From positions 13,578,001-13,642,000 of the forward strand of contig CM022675.1 of assembly GCA_012295275.1 (NCBI GenBank): a DNA stretch of 64,000 nt. Reading direction: 5' to 3'. The stretch comes from Chrysomallon squamiferum. Taxonomy: Eukaryota > Animalia > Mollusca. Position 1 is the stretch's first letter. Each line of letters opens with the position of its first letter. The translations under genes and the position numbers were made by a program. This document shows, piece by piece, positions 16,185 through 31,975 of the stretch. Under the pieces are notes generated by a model that searched no databases, had not been told where the DNA came from, and was given only the letters and a program-made list of their open reading frames with translations.

Positions 16185-16995
16185 TATTAAATTATCTCTC
16201 GACAAAGTAGATATCGCAAAACAGTTCCAAAAATAATCATTAAAAAAACAATGAAACAAACATACAAACAAGCAAACAGACAAGTACAGACAAACGAAGA
16301 AAAAAACAATAACGTCATCAAATATGATGTACATAACAGTATCAGCCGGCAGGGGGCAGCACTCAGTTCTGTTATTTGGAGCTGAAAATATTATCCCTTA
16401 TCACCAACATCAAATGTATAGATGAAGGGGGGGGGGGTAAATGTTTATTCTGTCACCATGGTTACCATCATGTCCCAGGCAGTCTGCAGTTACTGGTCCG
16501 GCCACGACGTGTCAGACGTAATTACGTGAAAAAGTATTTGCATCATCACGAACGAAGGAGCTAATGGAACGAAGCCGTAATTAAGGAATAAAATCCTCCG
16601 TTGCTGCTTTCGGGCTAACGAAATCTCTTTTCACGACCTTCTGTTTTATTCGTTGTTGTCCCGCTAGCCGTGGATGCATCGAGAAAGTCAGTTCTCCTTA
16701 CACACCCTTTTTCGTTTCCAATTAACGTCTGGCAATGTATGTATAAAAGTAACGCGATTTAAAAGTGCTGCAGAACGAACGCATGACGAAAGCTAATTTT
16801 TCTGACGTCATTTTCAATCTGCGCGTCTTTCGAAAGTGACAGCCAATTAAAAAAGTGCCCACTGGAACTGATTATAATAAATTATTCATGATAACCGCAG
16901 GTTTACAGACACCAAGATGACTTTTGAGAAACGACATTTTCACCACTGCAAATTAAGAAATGACACAGTCGCCCCCCACTCGTCATATTATAAAC

Positions 16996-17066
<71 letters not shown>

Positions 17067-17273
17067 TATATTGATAATAATGATAGTGATGATAATGATG
17101 ATAAGAAAAATTATAAGATATAGCATTATTTTCATCATCGTCTTGATCATCAACTTAGCAGAAAAAACAAAAAAAATGTAACAATAAGAACAAATAAATA
17201 TTTAAACACACTGTAAGATAACATACAAATATACAGACACACACACACAAGGCACACACACACACACACACAC

Positions 17274-17351
<78 letters not shown>

Positions 17352-17692
17352 AAAACTAACGTACTATCAGACAGTTTTAAACTGTTGACAACATTACTAA
17401 GAACAATTAGAAAACTGCTCCCTACGAGACACCAGGCAAATAACAATTTCCAGCCAGACGTTCCATGCAACTTCGTACATTTCACTGACCGCGATTACAT
17501 CAAAATGTCAGCCTCCGACATTCACTCTCCCCCCACCCCCAGCCGGAATGTGACGTAAAGAAAAGGTCATGTTTCCAAATTCGTTTTATTTTTAATTTTT
17601 TAATTGACTAGCAGACGACAGATCAAGATAAAAATAAATAAATAAGTATATATATATATATTTATATATACTTGTTGTGATTTATCATCATC

Positions 17693-17729
<37 letters not shown>

Positions 17730-18117
17730 ATTCTAAAAATACTAGTATTCTGTCTGTTCGTCTGTTATCAGATATTCAACATTTTCACAATGCAGTCATT
17801 TTATTGTCTTTTCACACAGACGTATTTAACAAAGCGACGTTGTTGATTAAAACTCCGACCATGCACATCACGTTGTCGACGTCGTCTCTCTATCTTCTGC
17901 TGAAACGAACACTTTTGACATATGAGGAGATTTGAAAAGAAAAAATTATCCACACTGAATGGCGCGCAATTTTTGTTTACCATGGCGGAGTGACGTAGTA
18001 TTAAATATGTCATTATCTTGTAGAGGGCGCTGCGGTGTTTGGGGAATTACATCACAAAGCAGACGACATTACTGTCAACCTGTTTAACAGTGTTTTAAAA
18101 CTGAATGAAGTTTTAGC

Positions 18118-18186
<69 letters not shown>

Positions 18187-19743
18187 GACCGTGTTTTATA
18201 TAACCACAGTAAAATTTAAAAAAAAAAAAAAAAAAGATATTTAATATTAATGGTTGTTATTTTATTCCTTGTTATTGTTTTATCGATCCTTTTTAGTTTA
18301 AGATGGCAAAAAAATAAGAAATTTTCAAAACGTGTAAATGTTATGATATCGAACAAAAATAAAAACTTGTTATTAAAAGCAGTCACTTGTGTATTTTGAT
18401 GTCAATCCAATGAAGAAAACAAATCGGCAGTGTTACGTTTGTTGTTATTGTTTAGTAGTGATATTTTTTTTTGTAAGGTTCAGTTCTGAGTTGGTAGAAT
18501 GAATCAGATACACAGACTGTTAGATTTCATAAATGAATTTTATAATTATTATATTCAGTACTTCTATTAGTTGCATTTAATTTTTCCAGGGAAACAACAA
18601 CAAAAACAACAACGACAGCAGCAAGAACAACAACAACAATAAGAATAATAATAGCAACAAAAACAACGACAACAGTAATTTAAAATATTAAATAAATAAT
18701 CTCTTTTGCTGTTAAATTTATTTTAATTTATGATGGAGTTGTTTTTCTTAAGTTTGGTTCAGGACGAGCTTGTTACTTCATCTATAAATATCATCCAGCA
18801 GCCTTGTTTAGGAAGAAGATGAAGAAGATGATGATGGTGATGATGATGGTGTTGATGATGACGATGATGATGATGACGATGATGTACAAAAAGAAGAAAA
18901 TGTGAAAGAAACACTAGCTTTAAAAAAAAAGAAGAAGAAGAAGCAAAGCAAAAAACGAAAGAAAATATAAAAAAAAAAAAAAAATTAAAACTAGAAATCG
19001 ACAAGAAAAGAAGAAGAAGAAAAAAGAAGAAAAGTCAACACGGTGTCAATTTCCAATCAGTGAAATGTACACACACAATCAGCAGTAATCAAACAAACAA
19101 AGAATTAATGTGACGAGTTTGATTGATGTAAACACACGATTTTCTACACAATTAAAATCCCGATCAACCTTTCAGCAGTCACACTGGCACGTGACAATGC
19201 GCGCGTTTGAAAACTTTCAGCATGACGTCATTACGTAATCGTCTGAGTACAGTTTTAAACTGAGACGTGTGCAAACGTTTTCACAAAAACAAATCAGCCA
19301 GGGAATAATAATAACAAGAGTGACAACGATAGCATCGTCATCAACAGCACCACTAACAGTAAAAAAAAAAATAATAATAATAGTAATAATAATAATAATA
19401 GTAACAATGATAGTTGTAGTAGTAGTAGAAGTAATAGTACTAGTAGTAGTAGTAGAAGTAATAGTAGTAGTAGTAGTAGTAGTAGTAGTAATAACAACAG
19501 CAACACAATAATAATAGGCATGTGTTATAACTGTGATTATGAAATTAAATATACTTTGTAATATATTTTGCAATTTGTGATGAACAAAAATATAAACTAA
19601 TAAATACATTATTAGGATATATATACACATACATAAAAGTGTCCGTGTGTGTGTATGTGTGTGGGTGTGAAAGGGTTTCTTCTTCTTTTTGTACTTTTTC
19701 CCCTCATTGTTGCACTAACATTTTGCTCACGTTACTGTATCAA

Positions 19744-19791
<48 letters not shown>

Positions 19792-20025
19792 TAAATGTCT
19801 ATGAAACCAAATATCCATGGAACTGAAAACGCAATACACTTACACAACATAAATATAGGAAACACGCACCCAACGGCAAATCTTATCACTAAATTGCATT
19901 CGGGCCAATTCGTACAAAATCGTAAAACTGTCGTTAATAATCGCCTCCGATTAAGACAGTGATTGGTAGCGCGTAGCAAACTGTATGTAACCCGAACAAA
20001 GTCGATTTTTTTTTTAAATAATAAC

Positions 20026-20115
<90 letters not shown>

Positions 20116-21389
20116 TTTTTTAAAACTCTTTAACTTTGACTCTGTTAACGATTTTCATTTTGTATTTAACTTCATTTTGGATTTTCGACAAACACGTTTA
20201 GCTTCGGTTTCGTCATTACAAGCGCGTAGGCGATTCTTATTTCGTTTCGTTTTATTATTATTAATTGAATTTATTGATTCAGAATTTTGTAATTATTAAA
20301 CCAGCACGCGATTACGAAAGAATAGTCAGTCGCATACTACACTGACAACAGCAGCTTCGACGACAATTGATGACGTAGGAAGAAAATAAAAGAGATAGAG
20401 AGAAAAAAATAATAATAACAGCAATATTAGTAACAATAATAATAATAATAATAACAATAATAATAATAACAACAACAAAAGTACCATTACTACTTGTTCT
20501 AATATTATGATGCTAGTACTACTACTACTGTCACAACCACTGCTGCTACTACTACTATTGCAACTTTCAATAAAACTAATATTACTACTATTTATTAGTA
20601 CTACTATCATTTCACCTATTATACTAATAATAGTACTAGTACTTCTACAATATCAAAACTATTACTATTATTAATACTACTACTACTTCTAGCATTACAA
20701 CTACTACTAATAAGATTGTTACTACTAATATATCTTCTATTGTTATCAGTAATCTTCTCTCTATATTACACTTTCTCTCTGTCTATCCCTCTATGTATAG
20801 ATTTCTATCCCTTTCATCCTAATTTCTCACCTTTAATTTATTTGTTTTAATATTAATCATTCTGTTGTTTCCTTTTCCTTCATACAAGATGTTGTTGTAA
20901 TCAAAATATTTGATGCGAAATTCTTCTCCCTTAAAGCCCGAGATTTTTATCAAATTCGATTATGTCGGACAAATATTACAAAACAAGTGCGTAGGTCTCC
21001 CATAACGATGTCGTCTGCAAACTTCGAAATTGTTTAAGTCGACAGAATGAAAACGAAATCGAGTACAGAAAATAAAAAAAAATTCAAAAGAAATAAATGA
21101 ATAAAAAGAGAGAAGATAACGGAAACCAAGTAGAAGACGGAAAAAAGAAAGAAAGAAAGAAAGAAACAAACAAACAAGAAAAAAGAAGCATGAATTCAGT
21201 TTGCAAGTACTGATCGATCGTTTAAGTGAAACCAAAGATCACGCGACGGGCTCGCGCCAAGTCGGTGACGTCATTAGAAAGTAATTTCTACACTTCACTT
21301 CTGCGTTGCAAGTTAAAAACGATATCGTCGTAGTTGTAAAAGTACTTGTACAAGTATCGCAGTGGTAGTAATATTAATAGTAACAGTAA

Positions 21390-21424
<35 letters not shown>

Positions 21425-23006
21425 ATAGTAGTAGTTGTTGCTGTTGTTGTTCCTGTAGATGTAATATTAGAAGTAGTAGCAGCGACAACTGTAATAGTAG
21501 TAATAGTAGAAGTACTAGTAGTTGTAATAGCGGAAGTTATGATAGTTGCAGTAATAGTGCTGGTGGTAGTAATAGTAGTAGTAATTGTAGTACTAGTAGT
21601 AGTCCTATTAATAGTTATAGTAGTTTCAGTGGTAGCTGTAGTTGTTGTTTAAGTATTACTAATAAAAATATTTCGACGTATGATTTTTTTTCTGTTTATC
21701 GTAGTGGTAATAGTAAATATTCGGAGTAATGGTAGTTGTAGTGGTGGCAGTAGTAGTGGTAGTTGCTAAAGCGTTCAGACATGTGATATATTTTCTGTTT
21801 AACTTTTCACCTTGCTGTGTCTGTTTTATTCTATTTCCAACACAAAATTTCTAATTATTTTAATTAATGTAACCATTTATTTTTGTTTTTCTTTAAAAAA
21901 AATTAAATATCATTTCTTTCTGGCATTACTTGTGCTGTAGGTAAGGAAGGCTGTTGTTGTTTTTTGGTTTTTTTTTTTTGTTGTTTTTTTTTTTTTTTTT
22001 GTTGTTGTTGTTTTTTTGTTTTTTTTTTTTTTTTTTTTTTTTTTTTGTTTTCTTTAATATAATTCTGGCAGAATAGCGATGTACAAAGATATTAATAAAT
22101 AAAATGATTTTCCTAATAAACGTTGCCGTTAATTTTTAGTTTCCCTGCTTTATCTCAAAACCAAACGAATTCTTAATAATTAATTTGATAATCACATGAA
22201 ATCAGTTTATGTGTTTGTTGGCTTCTTTCCTTTTTGCCCCCCTCTTTTTATTTTTATTTCTTTCTTTTTTCTCTCTTTTTTACTTTTTTTTTTTCTAATG
22301 ATATATCTATTAGTGTATAGTTCAGTCTATTTAAATACTTTTCTATTTCTCAGTCTGTCACTTTAAGTCTGTCCATTTTAATTGTTTGTTTTTATTTGTG
22401 TTTGATCTTATTTATTTATTTACTTACTTATTTATTCTCTTGCTTGCTTATTTATTTATTTAATTTTTTTTCATTTATTTATTTATAGCGATGCATTCTC
22501 CTATTAGCTGTACTGAATTCAAGAAACAACAAAGTCGATTTCCTCGAAATGCATTAAGAAAGAAATCAAGGAAACAAAAAGAAAAAGGAAGGAAAAGATG
22601 ATACACTTCCCGTGGTCAAAATAAGTGTGGACTGAGATCTTCCTGTCAGCCATTGTGTTCTGTTATCGAATTAGTGTATCTGACATGTTGGAGAGTTCGA
22701 CTGCCAGCTCCGTCTGTTGCTAAATACGGTTACAGCGGTACCACTGTAGAAATATCAGTGTATTCTACAATTCGCACTGACGCCGTCTTTAGCAATTTTC
22801 TGACACTTAAAATATTGTTAATTTACTTCAGTTAATAACATTAGACGTATTTTTAAAAGTTTACTCTTTCAGCGAGAAACAAGAAAAGAATAAAAAAAAT
22901 AATAAAAAAAAAAGATAGAAAGAAAAAGAAAAAAAAAAGAAAAAGAAAAGATACGATAAGAAATATATCCAGTATTACTGTGTTTATTTAAATTAATCAA
23001 AATGAA

Positions 23007-23038
<32 letters not shown>

Positions 23039-23976
23039 CAACTAACAAACAAATCTCAGCTTTCTTTTTATGGCTTTACGTCATAGGAATTTTATCATTA
23101 CCAACGCAACCAGGGGAAACAAATAAAAAATAAATATAAAATTTGTTTTTTTCTTTTTTCTTTTTTTTTTCAAAAATACAAGATGAAAAAAGACTGAGAG
23201 AGAGAAAAATAAAATCGTTTGCTCAAAAAGACAGTTACACTTAACGAAATGGACATGCGTCGAATTGAATAATTTTCTCCACCGTCCGAACCATTGTTAA
23301 TGTTGAAAGGCTGGAAAGAAGCGAGGTCTGAGAGGAAATGTTCGAGAAAGACTGGAGCAGGAATAGAAAGACGTCTGTCAAAATCTGTTTTCACTTTTGG
23401 ATTTACTGACCTTATTTCCGAAAAGGTTAATACCGCTTGACGGTTCCGGATTAATAGCACGATGCTGTTTACTTTGTTGTGTTGACGTAAAAAAAAAAAA
23501 ATTGTAAAGATTTACTTTCAGTACTGCTGGCGCCCTCTCGGAGACGGGGTTTTTTGAAACTTTTAAACTGTCATGACGACGGTGACCAATCAGAATGCGT
23601 CTGACGTGTGTCTTTGTTAAATTAAAAATATTTTTAATATTCGTGTTGGTGAGGATAACTTCATCTTTAATTCAGTCGCTGAATTGGTTAGATTGGGTGA
23701 CTGGAAAGAGAGAGAAGAACATAATGATGATGATGATGATGATAATGATTGTGTTGATGATGATGTTCACGATGCTGATAATGTTGATTATGATGAGGTT
23801 TGTGCTGATGATGACATGTTGATTACGATGATGAATACGATAATGAACGTTTAAACAAGCATCAAGAAATAAAAACTCCTCTTTAAAACAAACTAAAACA
23901 AACTTGGGGTGAAACAAGACAAAACAATAAAAACGCTAAGAAATAAAACACTCAAAGATAATAACACAAGAAGTAC

Positions 23977-24043
23977 TTAAAGAGAGTCATTCACTTGTAA
24001 TAATTAAAGAGAGTCATTCACTTGTAATAATTAAAGAGAGTCA
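23977..24043. repeat. 27-bp tandem repeat (about 2.5 copies)
   Basis: TTAAAGAGAGTCATTCACTTGTAATAA repeated. Confidence 0.85.
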
Positions 24044-24864
24044 CACACTTAGCTTTAAATTACTTTCACTGTCAAACAATTCATTTCCACAACGACGGCG
24101 GACAAATTAAATATGGAGAATAAAAACATCTTAGCGAAATTAAACTTAATCGTCAAGCAATCTGGTAAGTTGTAAACAATTACAGAACAAACGAGAGAAA
24201 CAACAATTTTTTGCCTGCACTTAACTCATTAACTTCTTCGTCTAGATTTCTAGTACGTCACGCCACTTTACGATTATCGTAAAATGTGAACGTAAAGCGT
24301 AACGAAAAAAAAAAAAAAAAAAAAAAAAACAAAGAAAGACATACAACAACAATAATAATGGTAAATGGATAATTGTTTCAAACTTGACTCGAGCTCCAGC
24401 TGGAAATACTGAAAACACAAAATCACGTCTCAGATTTCATTTCTGATTATCTCCCCTAATTCTGCCCTCGTTTATTTCAGAAGCGGTCTGGATAGCTTTT
24501 GGAGGGTGGTGTTTGAAGGGTGGGGATAATTTTAGTTCGGTGGAGAGGGTGGCTATGAAAAGGGTGTTTGCGTGTGACTTACTGTAGGGTTGCAGATCTA
24601 CGGAATGTTAAGCAGGTGTGGAGTTCGTAAGACAGTGAAACTGCAGAGACGGCAAGCAAAGAATGATATCGAAATCGTAGTAAATGGGTAATTTGTTCGA
24701 TGGTATGAATGTATAAAATAAATTTAAAAAACAAAACAAATTAAACAAATAAAAAAAAAAAAATACTAATAAATAAATACACAAATTAAACTAATCAAAA
24801 TAAACAAATTAAAAGAAACAAATAATAATAATAATATAAAATCATATATATATATATAAAAAAA

Positions 24865-24909
<45 letters not shown>

Positions 24910-25428
24910 TAAATAATGATAATAATAATATTAATAATAAACAAATTTAAAAAAAAAAAAAAATAAAAAAAAAAAAGATAAAAATAAACAGAATCATACT
25001 TAAAAACACAAATACGTCACCAGATAGCAACCTAAATCGTCACTATTTACGTCATAATCAAGTAACTTAAAAGTGCACCACCATATTGTTATTTATTAAA
25101 TCTTCCACTTACTCAATTATCTCATTTCTAATTTTCCTCTCCGCCACAAACAATTTAGTTTTCATTGAATCTTGTTAAAGATGGTATAAAAGGAATTAAA
25201 ATGAAATAACCTTGTGGAAGTCAAACAGAAGAAAGTGAAAGCTGAGTTTTCTGATCGGAGTTTGTCATGACAAACGTAAATGCGACTTGGTCAATAAAAA
25301 ACGTTTAGATAATTACAGTGGAACATTTTTCAATTTAGCAACAAGAAAAACCGTTTTGAAGTTGTCAGATGGAAAAGGATGAGTACCAAATTTATATTTC
25401 AGTTTTTTTATTTACTATTTTTGTTGGT

Positions 25429-25548
<120 letters not shown>

Positions 25549-26850
25549 TTTATTTTGTTATTGTTTTTGATTATTTTTGCTTTGTTTGTTTGTTTCTTTC
25601 TGTTCATGGGACAGTTTCTTCCTGCTAACTGTAGTTAAAGCTATCACGTCAGCGGGTTTCTTATCTATTTTATAATTATATATAAAGGTACACTGTGTCT
25701 GAATGTGTTTATGTACTCATCTTTGTGTCTGCTATATATTGTGTGTATATTGTGTATAGTAGTGCAGATTTCTTTCAAAACATGATAATATGAACATATG
25801 TGGATCTTTCTGAAAACTTTGATTTGCCTATATTTTTCTGTATACAAGTGTGATTGTGTTTAAATATTCATGTTTTTGTTTGAATGTATGGTCGCATTGC
25901 AAAATGTTTTATACGTATGTGTTTCTAAGAATGTATGCATGTCTGCTAAATAATTTGTTTTGTACGTATAGATGTGTGTAAGTCTGTACGTGTTTTGCTA
26001 AAAACTGCTGCTGTTACTGTTTGAGTCAATGAAGTGTAAAAATTCGGTTTGCTATGATTAAGAAAGAAACAATGCAATAATAAAAATAAAAACATGAAAG
26101 GAAGAATTAAAAAAAGAATTAAAGACAGAATGAAAGAAGAAAGAAACAAATGAAAAATTAATGTTACTAAAGAGAGAAAGTAAGAAAGAATGACAGAAAA
26201 GAAAAAAGAAAAAGATATAAAGAAAAAAGGACAAAAAGATTGAATGAATGAATGTAAACAAACGAATAGTAAAACTTAATGAAAAATAAAAAAGGAATGC
26301 ATGTAAACAAACGAAAGTAAAACTTAATGAAAAATAAAAGATTGAATGAATGAATGTAAACAAACGAAAATAAAAAAAATTAATGAAAAGTAACTGAATA
26401 GTTAAAACAGTTAAGGTAGAAACAAAAAAAAAAAAAACGAAAAACAAATTAACGAAAGTCGTGCACTTGATCAGTATTAATACTCTTCCACGCTCGATCT
26501 TTCATCTCATTTTCCTCCCAGTAGTGCAGAGCACCAGCGCGCTTCGTGCTGTTACGGCGTTAAGCGTGATATTCACAATCAGCTATCACTAGTGATTGGC
26601 AGAGTGTGTAATGCAATCACGGGCAGTCAGTGAGAGCGCCATCTCTCCAGTAATAGCGTCCTTTTATATTTGTAAATGAATTAGCGGGGACATTGCTGGC
26701 GACGCCCGAAACATTACACCAAATACACACAGCGTCCGAGTACGTTCCCGGACAAATAGCAACCAACGTGACGCGCTCAGCGATACAAGCCATCGAGAAG
26801 AGCGACAAAAAAAATATAATAATAATAATAATAAAAACAAAAAAAATATA

Positions 26851-26884
<34 letters not shown>

Positions 26885-27026
26885 TGTTGACAAGATTTTT
26901 ATGTATACAAAGGAATTTTTTAATTAATTTTATTTATTTATTTATTTAGTTATTTTTATGTGTGTGTCTCTGTGTGTGCGAATGTATGGCTTTATTCTTT
27001 CTTTCTACGAGTATCTATGTGGTTGA

Positions 27027-27098
<72 letters not shown>

Positions 27099-28145
27099 CA
27101 GTCTCTTATTCTATCTATCATGCCTTATTTTTTGCATTTTTTTTTTGTTCTGTCTGTTTGTCCATCTCTCTGGCTGTTTGTGTTTCTCATACACAACCGA
27201 TTTATTAATTTTCTAGTGTAAAAGAAAAAAAAAATAATAATAATAATAAAAAAGAGAAAAAGTACACCACCACCAACAACAACATAAAACCCATTTGAAA
27301 ATATATAATATTAATACCAATAGGGGTTAAGCGAAATGCAGTTTTTCTTATTTGTGTAATCTGTGTGAGTTTGCGAGGAAACCCTGGAGGGAAAAACGCA
27401 ATTTGTAGATATCTGCGTCGATCAGACAATTCCTGCTGGACGCTTCGCGGCAATTCCGGCGTAACGCATTTAGCACTTAAAATCTTTCTATCTCAATAAA
27501 ACTGCAATGTCAGAGTAATTTGAAACAATTAATTTGACCTCATCGTGACCTTAATGACGTTTCACCATGCCAAAGCTGGCTCTCGCGCGTCTCTAGGTCA
27601 CAATTCACCCCCCCTTTTAATATTCTTTTTACGTCTGCATTCATCACCCCCGCCATCTTAATTTGAATTCATTTCTGTGCACATTCAGAATATTATCCGC
27701 GATTTTAATCAACAGTCAAATTCATATTTAAAATTCTTTCACGATCTCTGATACAAATATAATGTGATGAAAGTTTAAAGAAAATAAAAGGAAAAGGAAA
27801 TAACTAAGTAAATAAATAAATAAATAAATAGAATGCAATAAAATGAAATACTGTAAATAATTAAATAAATAAATAAAATAAAATAAAATAAAATAAAATA
27901 ATATATATATATATTTAATACAACACAGAGACAAAGACTGAACCCAAACCACATAAAAAAAGAAAGAGAAAAACCATAAAAAAAAGTATCATTATTTTTT
28001 GTTTACTGGAATAATCAAAAATTCTAGAAATAGTCATGAAATTTTTTCTCTTCCTCCTACCAGCTCTATAACTATCACAGAAATCAGTTTATAAACAGTC
28101 AATACTGTACGTATACAAACTGATTTTAAATTTTTGTTGTTGTTG

Positions 28146-28188
<43 letters not shown>

Positions 28189-28732
28189 CAAAATTAAAGC
28201 ATCACTTTAAAAATCTCATTTCCTACTCGTTGAAGAACATAAAGAAGAAATGTTTAACATAATTAATACAGCAATATGACGTCACAGAAATAGCTCGAGG
28301 TAAAAGTCACGTGATAAATAACTTTTGGTATTATTTCCTCCCGCCCCCAGCTAGCAACACGTGATCTTAAATCAGCACCTTCTCATAGACAGAACGTTAT
28401 ACGCCATGTTTTTCATAAACCATCTAAAGAGCAGTGGTTTGAACGTGAACTTATCGGTTGAACGCGCCAAGCAGTCGCGATCCTTCAGCCAACAGCGTCT
28501 GAGTCCAGTCACTAAACAAGCAACCTGTAACTTAGTTAAATACATAACACAAAACACAAAGTGTTATCATTATTATTATATTATTTGACTTTAAAATATT
28601 CAATTTTTAACATGTAACAATTATTTACATCACTTTCTTCATTTTATTTTTATTTTTTTCTTACAACAGTTTTAAAAACAAAAACAACACACATTTTTTA
28701 TATGGAACGTTTTGAATACAAAGCCATGTTTG

Positions 28733-28795
<63 letters not shown>

Positions 28796-29292
28796 GACAA
28801 CGATGATAATGATATGATGATTACTGATGTAATAATTAAAAGTATCACATATTGTAAATAACTTCAGGTTCCTGATTAGACTAGATTTGAACCAGAGTTC
28901 CTCAGATCTTTACAATCTATGTTAGTCCTCAAAGATTTCAAGACAAGCAATATTGGTAAGGAACTGTACAAAACATTCTTTTTTCTTTATTTTTTTTTTA
29001 AACATTAATAATAGCAATTTTTATTATTTTATTTATTTTATTTCCGTTATCTTATTTTTCTGCTTCACTCAGTAGAATTTTTTTTTTTTTTTTTTTTTTT
29101 TGGTTCTTTCTCTTCTGTATCTATCTCATTTTTCTATTTAACTTTTGAAATTTGTTTGCTCCCCTTAAACATTAAATCGATAAAAATCAATAAAGAAACT
29201 GACAAGTGTTTTATATAAATGATATCTATAAATTTATTTTGCTTGTAGAGAAAATTGATTATCACTGATAAGTGCACTGCTGTCGTTTACTT

Positions 29293-29338
<46 letters not shown>

Positions 29339-29901
29339 TAACCTTCTAAGTCTAAAAACTTGTATCAAGAAGATAAATCATTCTAATTTAATATTTTTCT
29401 GTAGGTTTACATAATTATTAAGCACATACAGACATTCAGATATACAGATTTGCAGACACATAATATAAAAGAAAAGAAAATAGGAAAAAACTAAATATGT
29501 ACTGTGTTATTTATGCTACTAAGTGTTAAAAAGGATAAAAATAAAAATAAAAATTGTCCAGAGCTACCATAAAAATGTAAACAGAAATATCTAACATTTC
29601 TTAATAATTATTTAAATTATAAAACTACAGTTTAAACTGTTTCATAGCTTAGTATTAAAAATTTTGTTTAGTGCATCATAAATTTAATGTTCTTATTAAT
29701 CTTAGTGCAAAGAAAGTAAAGAAACTGGGGACTCAGTCTTCTGGGACTTTTACAGCAACCACGATGCGATGACATTTATCTATTATGTATGTACTCGTTA
29801 AAACATGATTTTTTTACAGAGACACAAGTACAAAAAGACTTACAGACATATAAATAAGTACACAAGTTGAGAAAGACATACTAACAGACAGCCATACATG
29901 T

Positions 29902-29939
<38 letters not shown>

Positions 29940-30503
29940 AAATATGCATGAACATCCATACATATATATAAACATACAGACAACCTGAATTTAAACAATA
30001 ACCTTAACAATTATGTATTGTATTATTATTATTGCTACCTTTATTTTTATTAAAATAATAAGAAGAAATTAAAAATAAAATTATAAAACAATCTTGTTCT
30101 TTATTTAAATCTGAGATCAAAAATGGGGCTGTTTTAAATACCAAATGCTTTTATTTTAAAAAATTTTTGTTTTTTTTGTTGCAATCTATAAAATTAAAGG
30201 CATATAACAAATAACATAAAAAAAAAAATGGTTTTCCAACCCCACCCCAAAAAAATCAACATAAACTTATTTATAACTTTTATCCTTCATTATTAACAAA
30301 GCATGGCGCTCATTGGTATTTAAAACAATAACTTGTAAGAAAAAAAAGATAAATGCATTAAGGATATTTATCTCGATATCAACAGTATTTTAAGTTAAAA
30401 AAATAGAAAACTATTAATAAAATAGCACACTTAAAGGAAAACAACTTCTTTTTTTTAAGTAAACGTGGCCAAATTAAATTTTCGGCAGCTATCACATAAT
30501 TTA

Positions 30504-30896
30504 TCACTGGGCAGAATTCTCCATGGGGACGACTCCTACGCCAACGCCCCCTTCGTGTGCACTCATTGACGAGACGAACGTCCACGTGTCTGTAGCAGGG
30601 TCGTACATCTCCACGCAGTTCAGGTTGGCCTGGCCGTCGTAGCCGCCGATGGCGTAAACCTTCCCGTAGGTCGCAGCCACGGCAACGCGACTTCGCTTTA
30701 CCTTCATCTGTTTGACGTAGTCCCAGGTGTTGCTGGCGGGGTCGTAGCGCTCGACGGTCTTCAGAAACATCGCGCCGTCGTAGCCGCCGACGGCGTAGAG
30801 GTGGCCGTTGAGCGCCGCAACACCCAGACGACATCGTTTTGAGTTCATCGGCGCAACACTTCTCCACAGACCGGACGTCATGTTAAAACATTCAAC
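30504..30896 (-). CDS. KLHL18: KLHL18 exon 11, last (VECFNMTSGLW...HEGGVGVGVVPMENSAQ*)
   Basis: ttcag acceptor, 131 codons to TGA; two complete Kelch repeats (ORF 30504..30905). Confidence 0.95.
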   Translation of the reverse strand, partial: VECFNMTSGLWRSVAPMNSKRCRLGVAALNGHLYAVGGYDGAMFLKTVERYDPASNTWDYVKQMKVKRSRVAVAATYGKVYAIGGYDGQANLNCVEMYDPATDTWTFVSSMSAHEGGVGVGVVPMENSAQ

Positions 30897-31552
30897 CTGA
30901 ACCAAAAATAATAATAAATATTAAAAAAAATAAAAATAAAGTAAAATATAATAATTATTAAAACAAAAATGAAATAAAATAAAGCATAATAAAAATATAA
31001 CAAAACAAAACAAAAATAAGATAAAATAAAAAATAAATTGCTAGGGAGTAAAGCTTGGTGACTCAGTCTTTAGTAAGTTTGAAACAATGACTATTCTCCT
31101 GTTTCAAAAAATGTCTAAGTCTGTTTATTTTAATTTATATAAAATAAATTAAATACCTACTATTACTCTATACTACCATTAGTAACACAAAACTACCACA
31201 ATTTTACTATTACTATGGTAGCTTCTACAGAGAACTATCATATTATTATTACTACTAAAATACTACTAATAATATAAATTTCTCTTTTAAAAAAAGAATA
31301 AAATAAAAATAAATAAAAATGACCTTCTTCCTAAGAAAAGAAAATGTAACACTGAATAAATCATAAACTATCTTCATCAATATATTTATTAAGAACAAAC
31401 TTTTTACTTACATTTCATCTGTGTGTATTTAATAACTTTAATTCACTTATTTACAATTACAAATGTAATTAAACTGTTTCTTTACACCTCACTTTCTATG
31501 TAGTAATAAATATGATGAAAACAAGAACAAAGTGAATATTTAAGAAACAAAC

Positions 31553-31664
31553 CGAATCAAAGATGGACAGACCATCGTGTCCACCACATGCGTAGATTTC
31601 TCCATGAAGAACTGCAACTCCAGCAGCACTGCGATATTTGTGCATACTTGTAGACATCATCCAT
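31553..31664 (-). CDS. KLHL18: KLHL18 exon 10 (WMMSTSMHKYRSAAGVAVLHGEIYACGGHDGLSIFDS)
   Basis: Read manually. gacag acceptor, TCG|GTTTGT donor, 112 nt; RSAAGV...GGHDGL.IF motif typical of KLHL18. Confidence 0.92.
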
Positions 31665-31799
31665 CTGTCAACACAAACATAAACATGTAATGTCTGTGTG
31701 TATGTGTCTGTGTGTGTGTGTGTCTGTCTGTGTATGTGTGCAGCATTTGTGCATACTTGTAGGCATCATCCATCTGTCAACACAAACATAAACATGCAC

Positions 31800-31847
<48 letters not shown>

Positions 31848-31902
31848 TGTGTCCATGTGCAGCATTTGTGCAGTGTAGGCATCATCCATCTGTCAACACA
31901 AA
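31636..31902. repeat. Tandem ~110-bp triplication containing the exon 10 acceptor and the first ~30 nt of exon 10
   Basis: ATTTGTGCATACTTGTAG.CATCATCCATCTGTCAACACAAA recurs at about 31636, 31745 and 31864, separated by TG microsatellite. Confidence 0.9.
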
Positions 31903-31975
31903 GTTTTAATACTGTTGTCTGTCTCACACAGAAATGTGAGTGTATTTTGTTGATTTGTGTGTGTGTAAAACTTAC

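Noticed and set aside
23170-23460. 96-aa non-repetitive minus-strand ORF
   Set aside because: No ATG start, splice signals or recognisable homology.
26630-26670. TATAAAAG promoter on the minus strand
   Set aside because: The best initiator is about 37 nt away and no downstream exon could be identified.
28378-28525. Possible minus-strand exon (ttacag ... AAG|GT)
   Set aside because: The open frame gives no recognisable protein, the donor is weak and no partner exons were found.
30379-30867. 162-aa overlapping ORF on the minus strand
   Set aside because: It is an alternative frame of the GC-rich last KLHL18 exon with no independent start or motif.
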